Shown here in pieces: positions 49,432 to 63,149 of a stretch of DNA of 64,000 bases. This stretch comes from Eledone cirrhosa. Taxonomy: Eukaryota. Both the position numbers and the translations under genes were made by a program. Position 1 is the first letter of the stretch. Each line of letters begins with the position of its first letter. The notes under the pieces were generated by a model. The model did no database searches, was not told the origin of the DNA, and saw only the letters and a list, made by a program, of their open reading frames with translations. The stretch is from contig OZ024740.1 of the NCBI GenBank assembly GCA_964016885.1, positions 73,780,001 to 73,844,000 on the forward strand, read 5' to 3'.

Positions 49432-49436
<5 letters not shown>
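49314..49436. repeat. ~120-bp near-perfect hairpin in a (TA)n-flanked cassette
   Basis: TAGGAACGAGTAGGAC..GACGGCTAATTCTGGACT / AGTCCAGAATTAGCCGTC..GTCCTACTCGTTCCTA. Confidence 0.9.
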
Positions 49437-49489
<53 letters not shown>

Positions 49490-49593
49490 AAAATGGAACA
49501 GGAACAAAACAGAGAGGCAGTACGAACAAAGGTTTATTAGTTCCACGCTCTTGAGAGTGGGGGGGGGGGGAGATATGTATGTATGTATATTAG

Positions 49594-49661
49594 GATATTA
49601 GGTATTAAATTAACAATGAAAATATGTTTTTATTTTCATTGTTAATTTAATACCTAATATC
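49594..49661. repeat. Perfect 31-bp stem hairpin (6-nt loop)
   Basis: GATATTAGGTATTAAATTAACAATGAAAATA-TGTTTT-TATTTTCATTGTTAATTTAATACCTAATATC. Confidence 0.95.
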
Positions 49662-49819
49662 TGACTCCATATCTAAGGAATTAACTCACCGGAACACAGA
49701 ACTTCTCTATGAATTTCACTGGATTACTCGCCATCGGATTACATTGAGTTCTATCTACGGTACGGACATACCACCAAAGGTAGACCACACTGAAAAAAAA
49801 AATATATATATATATATAT

Positions 49820-50810
49820 ACTAGCAGCAGTACCCAGCGTTGCCTGGGTAGGTAAAATAATATATGCTTTGATGAAAAGGTGGTGATCTTAGCGACTGCT
49901 TCTCGATGACTCATCTATGACCACACAAAGGCCATGTGGGGGAGGGTAGTGATGACCTCTATCACTGAGAAACGCGGGTGACTGACGATGGGGCATGCTG
50001 GGGGAGGGAGATAATGTCCTCTAACACTAAGCCAAATTTCCTCACGCTACTTGATTGGAAACCGATGAATTCTCAAATACACAACTAAAAGCTCAGACGA
50101 CGTCAGTGGCCATCGTTTTGCCTTTGACCATCTATAAAATGTACAATGATAGGTTCTATCGTAGTAAAAACGTTGAAACAAATAAATTGATTTATGTGTG
50201 AAGTGGAGCCGAAGTTTCGAATTTGAACAAAATTGGTTGAAAAATGTGGGAGCTAGAGCCGAAAAGGCGGAAATTTGAGAGAAAAGGTGGTATTTTCGAA
50301 TATTTAAGCGGCTGCTACGCCGTTCCTGAACAAAAAATCCAAAATGTAAAGCCACTTTAAGACGTGAAATAATCAGATCTAGCGTAGTGTAAAATTTGGA
50401 GAAAGTAGGTTGATTAATGTGGGAGCTAGAGCCGAAAAAGTGGAAATTTGAGTCTAAAAGTGGTATTTTTGAATATTTAAGCGGCTGCCACGCCGTCCCT
50501 GAACAACAAATGTAAAATATAAAGCCACTACAGGATGTGCAATGATAAATTCTATTTTGCTTTAAAATTTAAACGAAATGTGGGAGCTAGAGCCAAAAAT
50601 CTTATTTTTCGATACCGAAAAAAAGGTGACCTCCCTATCGATTTTTATCTGCAGAATGACCCCGGAATAAAAAAAAAACGATACGCTGATATATAGAAAA
50701 CACTCCCCGATGACTAATCTATGAGCCTGTAAAGTTTCATGAAAATCGGTCGTAAGATGTAGGTCCCTATAGGTAATACACACACACACACACAGACATA
50801 TACAGATATG
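49820..50810 (-). mobile_element. Non-autonomous Helitron
   Basis: CTAG end at 49821-49824 with subterminal hairpin TACCCAG/CTGGGTA. Internal ~170-bp tandem units (ATGTGGGAGCTAGAGCC at ~50244, 50418 and 50578). AAAGTTTCATGAAAATCGG and (CA)n near the other end. Confidence 0.75.
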
Positions 50811-51089
50811 AGTGTGTGTGTGTGTGTGGAGAGCGAGAGAGAGAGAGAGGGGTGAGTTATAAGAGCTAGCTTCGAGGTACATTGTTTCATAAGGCTTGGA
50901 CAATTACTTCTCAGAACCATTAAAATGGCGACGAAAATGAGATCTTAAAGTGCAACTGGCTTCTACATCTCTGGAAGAGTTCGAAAGCTAAACAATGGGT
51001 AAATTTAAAAACAAGAGATATATAACATCATATTGTTGTGGGTAGAATGTTTTACAAATTTACTGTCATCTAAAGGCGTCGAATTAAAA

Positions 51090-51210
51090 GTCCTTCGGTA
51101 TTTGTTCCGGTTCACTGCGCTCTGAGTTCAAATTATGCCGAGGTCAAATTTGCCTTTCATCCTTTCGAGGTTGATAAATAAAAGTATCAGTCCTGTATTG
51201 AGGTAGATTT
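51090..51210 (+). mobile_element. Older SINE copy
   Basis: CTGAGTTCAAAT..GCCGAGGTC..TTTGCCTTTCATCCTTTCG. Confidence 0.7.
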
Positions 51211-52267
51211 TTCCTCGATCTCTCTTAATGACTTTCTCTGTTTCTTCTTCTCTTGGGAAGAAATTAGCTGCGTTCCGATCTGGAGATAGAAGGGCTTTGC
51301 CAGGTTTAAGATGTCAAAGACACGCTGTATGTCAGGATAGCACTCCTACGACTTCATAAGGAATTAAGGGCGTTTTATCTTCTTTTTTTTATCGCGATAT
51401 ATGATCAGAACTTTTTAACGTGGCTAACAGTTAATGCGAGGAAACTTAGTTATTCACATGAATGGGTTCAGTGGGGTAATGGAAGTCGAACGACTACGAC
51501 TCTACTCGGATGAATACTTTATTGTGAAACTCAATACAAGCTATTGTTGTTAGAGGTTATGAAGGGTGTTGCCTTGGTGATGGTGGTAGTAATGATGAAT
51601 GTGATTTGGGAGGAGGGAGTGACGGCAGTAGTTGTTCTTTGTCATGTGGCGGTGAGGTATATTTGTGTTAATTATAGTGGTTATAAAGATAGTAGAAGCA
51701 GTGTGGCGGTAATAAAGGTGGTGGTGGTGGTGGTCATCGTTGTGGTTGTGTTATAGTAAATGTAGTGAATATAGATGGCGGGCATTTAGCTCTGCGTTCA
51801 TCTTGATCGAGCAAACCGGTGATCAAAGACAATCTAACTATGACCATCACATCTTTTTTTTTTTATGGAGGAAAAGGGATTATCTAGGGTTAGAATAATA
51901 ATTTTTCTACCAAGGTTTATTTTAAGGAAATTTTAGAATTACACAATTTTTTTAGGAAGGTACCATGATCCAGTGTTTGATATTCTGTGAATCTGAGAAG
52001 CACTTGTAATGGCTGTTTTAAACATTTTAAGCCTTTTAACCATCATTTACCATGTAAGTAAGTATATTTGACACAAAATGTAAACTTACTGCACAGAATT
52101 AGATTTGCAACTACACAAGCAACACGTTAAAATAATCACTGTTCCTTGATTTAACATTTGCGAGAGATTTGGCTGCTACATTTAGCAAATCAAGCGACCA
52201 CGCAGATTCTCCCTCTATGGGGTGGAAATCATTGTAGTTGGAATCATTGTCATCATCGTGGTGGCAA

Positions 52268-52312
<45 letters not shown>

Positions 52313-53089
52313 ATCTGGACAATGAGTGAGTGTATGTAGGTGGTAGGAGTGACGGGCAGCAGGAGAATCACCAAGACAAATAATATACAGCAAGATATAG
52401 AGAGAGTAAGAGAATAAAGGTATAAAGAGGGAAAGAGAGGGGACAGAAAATGGAAAGAAAGTGAAAAAAGTGTTGTTTTCTGACAGGTCAATGGTCAGCC
52501 TATGACGTGACAAACTAGGTAAAAGGTAGGTAAAGGTATGTATGCCTAGACACACATTTATATATGTATATATAGGCCATTTGAGAATGTTTTTCTTTTT
52601 TTTTATTACTTTCCCATTATTTTATTTCAAAATACTTAAATATATTCATAGGATAAAATTACATAAAAATAATAAAGAATTTAATATTTAGTCAAACATA
52701 CAGAAAAAGAAAGCAGTATTGGAAAGGACTATAAATGCTATAAATGAGAGGATAGGGGTGAAAGAGCAAGGACTATTAGGCAACAGAAATAAAAAAGGGG
52801 AGAGGGTGACAGACTCTACACCTAGGTCAGAGCGGTGTTACGGCTGCACCCTGCGGACAAAATGGCAGGCATTTCCGCGTACAATGACCAACGGCACATG
52901 TTGCAACAGTCACTCCACCTCACAGGGCTCCTTCCTCAGACGCTGCTGTCATTCCGATTTTATGGAGGAGATCATCTAGATTTCTCCTTTTTCCCCTCCT
53001 TTTTCTTTTTCGTTTCTCATGCTCAATACTGAAGGTTGGACCAGAGACAATTGTACCAAGCTTCCAGGGTGTGAGTGCAGAGGTTCTGG

Positions 53090-53240
53090 ACCCTGATGAG
53101 ATGGCAACAGTTTTTCGATTTCTTATGGTCGCCACCATCTGCCTCTCTGTTTCCATCTCCTCCAGGACCGTCTTGTTACTTTTGTGATCAATCCAGCTGA
53201 TACACAATGCCCGCCTGTAAAATGTCGCAAACAACATCAG
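53090..53240 (-). mobile_element. RTE-type LINE C-terminal fragment
   Basis: FYRRALCISWIDHKSNKTVL..TIRNRK. Confidence 0.6.
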
Positions 53241-54290
53241 TTACTTTCAGTGTCCAGGACTCGCAGCCATACAATGCCACCGTCCACACTAGGCTCTTGG
53301 TATGTATATCATATAGATCTATGTAAAAATATTACAAATTATCAGAGGAAATATACATACCTTCACATATACAAGCCGTCCTCAGAAATATATATATATA
53401 TAATGCAATATATATTGAGAAAGTAAAAATCATATGGGCATATTAACCTATGAGTACTTATAGTTACCAGTTACCAAGATATAATTACAGCCATATTAAC
53501 TCAAGCATTAACTAAGTATAAAGTAACAAAAAACAACACATAGATACATGTGTAGCAGTAATTTTGAACTCTTGTTCAGATATTAGCAAAAAATATCCAG
53601 CTAGGAGTCTTTGGCAGTTTATTTGAGATAACTACCGTGTTTCCCAGCGCCAAAGACGCTATTTTTTTCCTAATATAAGTCTTGAAGATCTACCATGCGT
53701 CCTGGAGGCCAAAGGTTGATTTCCCATAGTCATATCCTAACCCCAGAGAAACATTATCTATGCTAGACAGTAATCTGAACTCCTATATATGATCTCTCAA
53801 TGAAGTGTATAAATTATACATAGTTAAAGTAGTAAAGAAACAAAATATCATTTAAAAAAAATTAGGTAACAAGACCCGAAGAGCCGAGATCTTATTTTTA
53901 TGGTTGTCAAAATTGAGGTGTATCTTCGAGAGCGAAGCGTCTTCGACGACGGGAAATACGGTAGCTTGATCATAGTGATTCTGCTTTCGTCTTTCAAAAA
54001 CAGTTTGTTCCAGTAAGCATGGAGATGTAGCCAAACACTCAGGCTCCATCGACAAGGGCCCGCTAGCTTTATTCCCCTTGGCACTGCAACAATGGTTAGT
54101 CCACACACAACTGTAAATATCATCTTTCAAACTCTCTCTACATACACATAACACAACAACAGCATAGCCTTGTTTTCTATATTGTCAACAATAGCCTTAT
54201 AGCTAGTTATTAAATTAATAAATATATTTAAGTAGTGATTTGGTTTTTATTTCATTACGTTGTGATCTAGATAAAGGAATCATAACATCA

Positions 54291-54523
54291 CAGGGGCGGT
54301 GGAAGCATTTCTGAAAGGGAGGAGGGCGCATATTTGGACAATTTAGTTGTAGTGAGATTAACTCTTTGCACTCTAAAATGGTCAGAAAACTTCGATTTGC
54401 GATAAAAATAACATGTACATAAATTATAGCGCATATCCAAATAGATGTATGTTTTGGAAGTTTGGGGAGACAATATAATTATTGGACGGGGGTATGCCGC
54501 CTTCCCCAGTTCCACCGCCACTG
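54291..54523. mobile_element. MITE (hAT-like TIRs)
   Basis: CAGGGGCGGTGGAA / TTCCACCGCCACTG. A related right end occurs at ~60380-60444. No clear TSD. Confidence 0.55.
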
Positions 54524-54634
54524 TGTATATATAATTTAAAAAAAAAATACCTCTGTGCCCTTTCCTAAAGGGTTAGTGTATCGAGCTTCTACGCATTTGG
54601 TAAGAAACTGGTATTATACCCAATTTACTCATCT

Positions 54635-54713
<79 letters not shown>

Positions 54714-55187
54714 TGTATATATATATATATATACATTCATTTGTTATGGCTATTGGTGAGCTTTGTCACTCTATAGTTTCACCTGCATACTCACAGGATC
54801 ACTAGTCTTGTCTAGTGTGTAAGCAAGTGAGACTCCAAATTATCCCCCTCTCTATATCAATTAGCACTTGATATAGACGTGAATTACTTCGCTCCTGATT
54901 TTTACGGATTATTGTCAAAAAAACTGTGAGTGCATTGCTCAATTTAATAGCATTGTTTAGTTTAACCCCTTGCCTGGGCCGTCAGACGTTGAGTCAACTA
55001 ATTTTCGCCTCTTTCTGGGGCGAAATTTTCATTTTCGTCTCAAAACTGTGTAGACTTGGTATCAGCAATGGATGCCATTTCCACCTCGCACACTGTCGTG
55101 AGTGCCACGCCCACTAAGAAAAGTGGTGAAGGGAAGGTAGGAGTACAAAGCTTGCAGCCTTCCCCCCTCGTATTATCGAAAAACGTT

Positions 55188-55280
55188 AACTTTGCCTTTC
55201 ATCCTTACGGGGTCGATAACATAAAGTACCAGTAATACACTAGGTATTTACTGGCCTTGTGCCTAACGTAGAAACAATTA
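55188..55280 (+). mobile_element. 5'-truncated SINE inserted in the Tx1 5' region
   Basis: 16-bp TSD ATTATCGAAAAACGTT at 55172-55187 and 55277-55292. Confidence 0.9.
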
Positions 55281-55406
55281 TCGAAAAACGTTGAAAATAT
55301 TGAAACCACGAAACCAAACCCGGTAAATAATACCAGCACCAACAACAAGAACAATGACAATAACACCACAACCAACAACTGCAACAATAGCAACACCAAG
55401 GAAAAC

Positions 55407-56920
55407 ATGAACAATATGACCAACAGTGACAACAACAGCAGCAACAAAAAAGACAACAACACCAAAATAACATTCGCACAGACTGTAAAAAAAAACGAAC
55501 TATACACGCCAATAGACATAACAAATGCTAAACAACTATTACAAGACGCAAAACAATTCGTGACTTTTGGCGAAAACGGTGCTTTTAGCATCAATTCTCC
55601 ACAGGAATTACGTAGAGAGGCTGTCCTGAAAACTGTGGTTTTCAGGACAATATCGAACGAAACAAGAAAACCAGCTCAATTATCACAAAATGAAATTGAG
55701 CTCGTTCTAAAAGATGCAATGAAGGACTTAACCTTCATACAAAAAGGTAAACTGTTTGGTAGCATTTCGGTGCTAATGAATAACAAGTCAACAGCTCAAA
55801 AGTACTCGGTATCAACCATTGTGTCCCCCCGCTTCACCTTTTTCCCCACATACAGGGGAAAAAGGACACAAAGAATAAAAATAATGAGTATCACACCAAA
55901 TGTAAATATTTGGTGGATACTATGTGGAACCATTGACTTTGATCAAGACAAGATGATTTCAACAGGAAAGTCCTCCGGAGGTGTATTTGGTGGGACCAGC
56001 GTAGAAGTTCTGGTGAAAATGAGCCCAGAACGAATAACGAATATCCCACAACGCGTGCCTCTGGACGGGCTAACTTATATAAACATTTCAGTGGAAGGAA
56101 GGCGGCCGTCATGTTACCACTGCTTAAGCAGGGGTCACCTGAGGGCTGCCTGTCCTCAATTAACGAGTAAAAAAAAAAACACCACAACAACAACAACAAC
56201 AACCACAACAACACGGAAAAATAACAACACAAAACACTGTTCCACCCAACCCCTCCCCACCTAAAACAAATACAAAAGCAACCACAACAAAACCACAAAA
56301 TATACCCCTCCCCAACAACACGGAAGAGGACTCCGTATCAACGTCACCCAGTGACGACGAGGGAGAACCCTTTCAACAGGTGAAAAGGAAAAAAAAGGCA
56401 CCACATTAACAAAAATGCCACAAACACACAACCACCAGCACAAACAGAACAAATATCACAAATAAAAAAAACCACCCCTCCCCAAAACATAACACGTACT
56501 ACAAAACGCAAACACGCACAAGAACAACAAACAAAAACAAACACAACACAACAAAAACTCTATACATACATTAACAAGAACAATAAAACGTTGATGAAAG
56601 CGATAGAAAATAACACTTCGGTGGAAACCGAAGGGATCACTTTCACCTACGCAGCGAACAAACCGCACCTAATGATGATTAGGGTCCCAACGGAAACCTA
56701 TGTAACTTTGAAAAAGAACCATCCAATGCATGTGGGCACCAATTGCACCAAACCACATAACAGCGTCCTATTGAGATGTTTCCCCACCCCTACACCAGAC
56801 ACCCACACCCCACCAAACACACTAATCCCACCACACACTGATGTCCTCACCCCACCAAACAACCCTTCCAACACCCCCACGGAAATTGTGCAGCCTGGTC
56901 CCCAGGAGACGAAGAGGTAA
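55407..56920 (+). pseudogene. Tx1 ORF1 (gag-like, CCHC zinc knuckle), broken after 56264
   Basis: VEGRRPSCYHCLSRGHLRAACP, followed by a low-complexity T/N/K-rich tail. Confidence 0.75.
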
Positions 56921-56962
56921 GTAATTTCCTTTCCTCTTCCTTTTTAACTCTTCAGCACCAAC

Positions 56963-59900
56963 ATGGCCAATATAAGAGTTGGATGTGTGAATGTACGCGG
57001 CCTGGGGATGTCCTGGAAACAGGGCAAACTCTTAAATGACCTCAGGTCGCACAGAGTGGATGTAATGGTTATTTGCGAGTCCAGGATCAGCAGCCAGCGC
57101 CAACTGGCCCCCATCTTCGACGACTTTGAGATCTACGCATCTCTCTGTCAGCCGAGGGGTGGGGGTGGGGTTGTCGTTCTGCTGCGAAAATACCTGGGTC
57201 TTGCCATACAGAAGGTACACCTTCACCCGGAGGGTCGACTGGTAGTTTTCGACGTCGGCAGTGGTGAAGGTGGAGCTTTCAGACTGGTGGCAGCGTATGC
57301 CCCATCTGGGACACCGCGACCGGACTTCTTCCGACGCCTGGAGAATTTCCTGGGAACGTCTCGCTCCTTGCTTTTAGTGGGGGGACTGGAATGGTATCCT
57401 GGATGCACGTTGGGACTATGTAGGGCATTTCCCGATAGAGGGGGGTGTAACAGCCTCAAACGATTAATCGGCCGATTTGATCCGGCCGATAGATATCGAC
57501 TAGATTTTCCGACTGTGCCACTGTGGACGTGGAGTAATCGCACCGGAACATCTAGGTCGTACCTAGATAGGTTCCTAGTTAGAAATAAGGATATGGACAT
57601 ATTAAGCTGTCCACGAATGTTCATGGTTGACCATTCGGCTCACAAGTTGGTGACCGGAGTGGTCAACCTTGATAGAACTCATAGACAGGGACCCGGTTAC
57701 TGGAAGCTAAACTTGTCTTTACCGACAAACAAAGCTTACAGTAAGCGGATTAGCACACTAGTTAAGCAGCGTTTGACGGGGGCAATTGTCAACAACAGGC
57801 GGTGGGGCTCTCTCAAGAGAGAAATTAGATTAGAATAGAATGAAGGGGCGGCGGGCCGAGTGGGGCCATGGATTTCGGTCCATACCTCGACGGTCTGGCA
57901 CGGCTTTCGGACGGGGAGGCGAAGTCCTGCGAGAGGCCGATTTCAGCCGCTGAAATAGGGGAAGCGCTGAGCCAATGCGGCAAACGCAAATCTCCGGGTC
58001 TCGATGGTCTACCATACGAACTTTATGTAGCGATGCCGGGCTTGTTCTCCGGTCTCCTCGAGGCGGTCTACTGCAACTGGCAACAGAACGGGAGAATTCC
58101 CAGTTCTGTGACCAAGGGCGTAGTCACGCTGGTGAGGAAGGACGAGAACAAGGGGGATGACATAGATAACTTCAGGCCCATAACTCTGCTAAACACAGAG
58201 TTAAAGATTTTGACCAAGGTGTTAGCGAAGAGGTTGGCGCTTGTCGTCGGGAACCTGGTGGGAGAAGCGCAGACATGCGCAATCCCGTCCAGGTCCATAC
58301 ACGACAACCTCCACCTCTTGCGATACATCGTAGAGAGGGTAGGGAACGAACCCGGCTTTGGTGTGGCCCTGATCAACTTGGATCAATCTAAGGGGTTCGA
58401 TAGGGTTGACTATCGGTACCTGGATGCGGTGCTCGCGGCGGCAGGCTTCGGACCCGTTTTCAGGGGCTGGATTGCTGCAATGCACAGCAGCAACACCTGC
58501 TCGAGGGTCAAGGTGAACGGCTACCTCTCGGAGCCGTTCCAAATCACGCGATCCATCCGACAGGGATGCCCTCTCTCCTCCCTCCTGTATGTGCTGGCTC
58601 TCGAGCCACTACTGCAGAAGCTAGAGCTGTTGCAGGGCATCCCCTTGGAACCGGGATTGCGGAAAGCAGTGTCGGCCTACGCCGATGACGTGACAGTAAC
58701 GGTGTCGTGCGCCTCGGAAATCGGGCAGATCGGCACCTTACTGGAGGAATCTGAAAGGTTCACAGGAGCCAAGCTAAACCGGGACAAGTCCGTCGGTTTG
58801 CAACTCGGGGCGTGGAGGAGCAAAACGATGCCCTCCGATGGCATCGTCGGACGAGGTAACGGGCAAGGTGTTTGCACTCGCCCAGAAGTGGGCCGAGTGC
58901 AAACTATCCCTGAAAGGTCGAGCCGAGGTGGCGAACGCTTATATAGCGTCCGTCATCTACTACCGCTTGACCGTCGTGCCTTGCCCAGAGAAAACACTCG
59001 CCAAAATGGAGCGCGCGCTCTTCCGATTTCTTTGGAAGAAGCGGGCTCCTTTGGTGAGAAGATCCATCTGCTGTCAACACCCTTCGAACGGAAGGCTGGG
59101 GATGCCGTGGCTGACGATGCGTAGACACGCATTAAGGCTACGGCACCTCCAGGTATTCCTCACTGGTCAGCCAGTGTGGGCCCTGTTTGTGAGGCGAGCC
59201 TTTCCGAGACTCGTTTCACTCACCGAGCTGCAATCCTGGGTCAAGCAAAGACCGAGAAAAGTGGGCGACTGGCACATTGAATGTGCCCAGGCGCTCACGG
59301 CCCTCTGGCAAGCGGATCCGGCAATCAGTGGAGACTCAACCTCAACATTCTATAGAGGGTTGGTGCGCAATAAGTGCGACGACGCTCTCGGAGAGGTTCT
59401 GGGCATGGAGGAAGACGAGCTGGCCAGTCTTTTCGGTAGGACGTTTGGCCCGGGACGGATGGACAACTTCCAAAAGTCCCTGGCTTGGCAATGTTACCGA
59501 GGAGCTCTACCCGTTCGGGACAAGCTCTACAGACACGGGCGCCCGGGTAGGGACCGCTCGAAGAAGATCTGTCCAAGATGCGTGCGTGACGAGGAAACCG
59601 TCACACACGTATTCGTACACTGCCCGGGCGTTGCTGACCTGTGGGGCTATGTAGAACGACTATTGTCGCGGGTGGGACCAATCCGGTTGACCACCGAGAA
59701 CATTGTCACGATCAAACCGCCTCCCCCTTTCAAAAACGAAGGAGAGGCGGTTTTCCTCTGTGTGATAGCCATGGCGAAAGAAGTTGTATGGTGGACAAGG
59801 CTGAAAGGGCTGAGGTCAGACACCTTTCTCTCCGGCCAACAACTGGTCTTTTTTTTCAAGTACTACTTTAGAAGAAGGATCAGAATGGAGAGAGAGGTGC

Positions 59901-59986
59901 TCTACCCCAGCAAGTTTTATGAAAGATGGGTGAAAGTAGCGAGAATGGCCCCAGTGAATGGGCCTTCTCTCTATATCAGCCTGTAG
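56963..59986 (+). pseudogene. Tx1 ORF2 (APE endonuclease, RT, zf-RVT) in three frames
   Basis: GCVNVRGL, SYLDRFL, GYWKLN, KSPGLDGLPYE, NFRPITLLN, IRQGCPLS, YADD, CPRC..ETVTHVFVHC. Stop at 57836-57838 with a shortened EN-RT linker, and a frameshift near 58850. Confidence 0.92.
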
Positions 59987-60449
59987 GTGAGAGAGGAGAA
60001 GAATGAGAAGAGGAAGGAAGCACCCGCTCTTTGTGCTCCTGAAGAGGAGGGTTGCACATTTTTTCGGGGGGGTGTGCGACCCATGTCAACGCCCCTCCCT
60101 ATTGAGGACATCGATTGTTAAATTTAATTTGTAATATGTTTTTTACACGTCTTTTTAAATGTATGTAAACTTCCCCCTTTGTATTTGTCCCAATCTTTGA
60201 TGCCCTGGTGGCAAATAAATAGAAATATATATCTAATATAAAACACACTCTCTCAACCTTCTTCTCTATATCAATTACCATCAAACTCTCACCCTCTCTA
60301 TATCCCATCTGTCTCCACATAACATCTACATAAATTGTAACGCATGTAGAAATAGATGTGTGTTTCAGTAGTTTAGGGAGAACAATATAATTATTGGGGA
60401 GGGAGGCATGGATTTCCCTGGCTCCCTGAATCTCACCGCCCCTGGTACA

Positions 60450-61230
60450 TGTGTAGCAGAAGGACGAAGACAATCAGCAGACGGCACCGATACAAGCGAG
60501 CAGTGATTACGGGTAGTTGACGCGAAGAAAAGGGACGAAGAGACCAAACGCTCGCCGTCGATGATAATTAGCAGTGCAGGCGTAGTGGTAGGTCAGAGAG
60601 AACAAACTATCAACGCAGATGCAAGCGAGCACTGCCCACGAGCATTGCGGAAGCTGGACAAAAACACACGATGGGCATTAATGTAAACGACAACTGCCCA
60701 CAGGCTGTTATGTATAGCTGAAGGATGGAGACAACGAATGCCGAACGCTGATGCCAGCTATGACTACCCACAGGCAGTGCTCGCATAACGGAAAGACAAA
60801 TTGTACAAACGCTCGGTGCCATTGCAAGCGTAGCAGAATGACGCAGAGAACGAACGCCCGGTGCCGATGCAAGCGAGCAGAACGCACGCGTAGCAGATGG
60901 ACGAAGTGAACTAACGTCCGTTGGCGATGCGAGTGACAACTGCCTACGGACATTGCACGTGTAATAAAAATACGAAGAATACTTACTCCCGGCACCGATG
61001 CAGGACAGCACAGCCCACGCGCAGTCAGTGAACGCGTATTCAGAATGACGAAGAAAACGAACGCCCGGTGCCTATGCATGCGTATCAGAAGGGCGCTGAG
61101 AATGAACACCCGGCGCCGATGGATGCGAGGACTGCACATGGGCAGATACGCAAAGCTGACAGGTGAAGAGAACGAACGCCCGCTGGCGATGCAACTGAGC
61201 ACTGTCCACAGGCTTTGCAGAATTTTGAAA
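60450..61230 (+). repeat. Degenerate ~65-70 bp GC-rich tandem array (possibly STPR-like coding remnant)
   Basis: The core GAACGCCCGGYGCCGATGCA recurs at about 60480, 60547, 60612, 60744, 60808, 60853, 60913, 60985, 61060, 61105 and 61175. Confidence 0.6.
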
Positions 61231-62205
61231 ATATTCGCATGTTTGTATATATTTACTGTGTGCGTGGATATGAGAAAAATATTGAAACATATTAGAAGCG
61301 CTCCTTCTTTATGGAATCACAGCACTTGAATTCCACGCGCGCGTGAAGACAGAAAAACTTCAAATATACACCCTTTAGAACATAAAATATATTTTTAAAA
61401 AAAGTCGCACCGAGAATATATGACGTACGGTTCTCGTAATTATTTACGATGAAAAATAGAAATAGAGTTACTTCCCTTGATAATTAAATCTCCCCAACTA
61501 ATTCTGTTCGTATCTTGCTATTGTTTCATAAACATCTATATTACTGAGTCTAATTAAATATAGATGATTGCTAGTTAACTTTGTAAAGAAATAGCTTCAG
61601 CGTTTTTTATGTTGAAGTAGAAATGTAAATCAACGTTTTACTGTAAAATTTAGAGGTTCCTTTCAATCTATTATTGTCTACTGTGTCTTAAATTTTGACT
61701 AATTTAATATATTGTGACATCTTCCTCGTTGGGTCTATATTAATATGTAAGTATTACTGATATATATACATATATATATATAAACATCTATTTTGTATAT
61801 GTGTATCATTTTACATACATTATTTGATTTGATGTGTTCACTGAGATAAAGGAAAAACTGGAGAAAACGAGAAATCTGACGGTAGTAAGAACGTGTTAAT
61901 ACGTTTTCTGTTTTGTTTTCCTTTCGACATTCCATTCCAGTTTTCACTATTCCCCACATGTTAATATCAACAACAAAAAAGTTTATATTTTTAACATCAG
62001 TACAATACCTTGTCTAAACACTACGTTTATTTCTAACATAAACTGGAAATCGGTCAGACATCAATTATTAAATATTTATCTGCCTCGATATTCTTAATTT
62101 TACACCAGGTGTGACCCAAACTTCGGTTCTCTTAATCATATATAGCTCTTTGACATTCCATATGCCCATCACTACTGAATTATAGTTACCACAAAAGGTA
62201 CACAT

Positions 62206-62333
62206 GAAAATATATTTAAGTAGAAAGAACTAAAACAGAAAATATATTTAAGTAGAAAGAACTAAAACAGAAAATATATTTAAGTAGAAAGAACTAAAAC
62301 AGAAAATATATTTAAGTAAAAAGAACTAAAACG
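62206..62333. repeat. 32-bp tandem repeat, 4 copies
   Basis: Unit GAAAATATATTTAAGTAGAAAGAACTAAAACA. Confidence 0.95.
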
Positions 62334-62343
62334 AAACTACATA

Positions 62344-62592
62344 TACTCTCGGGATTCGAATAATCTTCCCCTCCCTACTTATTATTTTTTCAGAACCTCA
62401 CCCGCGCGCTCATATTCTAACCATCATCGCTTATTAAATTTTGTTATCTACCGCCAGTGAAATTTTGGTTTTTAAAAAAAATCAACGGAGTTAACCTAGA
62501 AAAATTACTGTTTTTTCAACCCCACCGCATATTCTACCCCCATCCCACCCGCTTATTCCATCCATCCCCTTATTATTTGGGACCCGAGAGTA
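62344..62592. mobile_element. MITE with TA TSD (Tc1/pogo-type)
   Basis: TACTCTCGGG ... CCCGAGAGTA termini with internal CCGC(A/T)TATTC repeats. Confidence 0.7.
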
Positions 62593-63149
62593 CGTATAAA
62601 TATTATTACGATTGTTTTATCGTGTAAATCTGTAATCCCTGATTTCAGACATTTTTAGGGAACCCCACTATAACTTTTGTTTTTATTTTTTCAAAAATTT
62701 CTTTGTATTTCTATTTTTAATCGTCGTAAATTACGATTCTGCAAAAAGTGAGTTATTCAGAATTTCAATGTTTTTCTCTTCCCTCAATTTCAACAAATGA
62801 TTACTTTTTTTAATATTTTATTTTTATTTGGTTAAACATATAGAAAAAGAAAGCAGTATTGGAAAGAACTATAAATGCCATAAATGAGAGGAAAGGGAGG
62901 AGAAGAACAAGGACTCTACTAGACAAATACTGTATGGTTAGGGAGTTGTGACCATGTGGTTTTAGGTTTTTGGTTCACTCCTTAGGTTGACAAATGATTT
63001 GGAAGTGAAATTTGATAGATGAATACAGTGAAGAAGCATGTTTTTTACCCAATTTTCTGAGCTATTATATCATAGCACTCAACTGTATATCTCTATAGAA
63101 AGGAATGTAAAATTTCTTCTGTGGAATCTGTTTTTTAAATAACTTTCAT

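Larger units (their letters stand above)
54735..60226 (+). mobile_element. Near full-length L1/Tx1-clade LINE (inactive)
   Basis: 5' region, ORF1 with a CCHC knuckle, ORF2 APE-RT-zf, and a 3' UTR ending GGCAAATAAATAGAAA. The 5' boundary is approximate. Confidence 0.88.

Noticed and set aside
62206-62333. 32-bp repeats as a CRISPR array (also 46235-46350 and 13122-13395)
   Set aside because: Head-to-tail units with no unique spacers, no cas genes, and a eukaryotic context.
52680-62925. Shared ~100-bp segment at ~52690 and ~62830 (and similarly ~7945-8160 vs ~51930-52120) as a segmental duplication
   Set aside because: Short, diverged and without shared flanks. Better explained as ordinary dispersed repeats.
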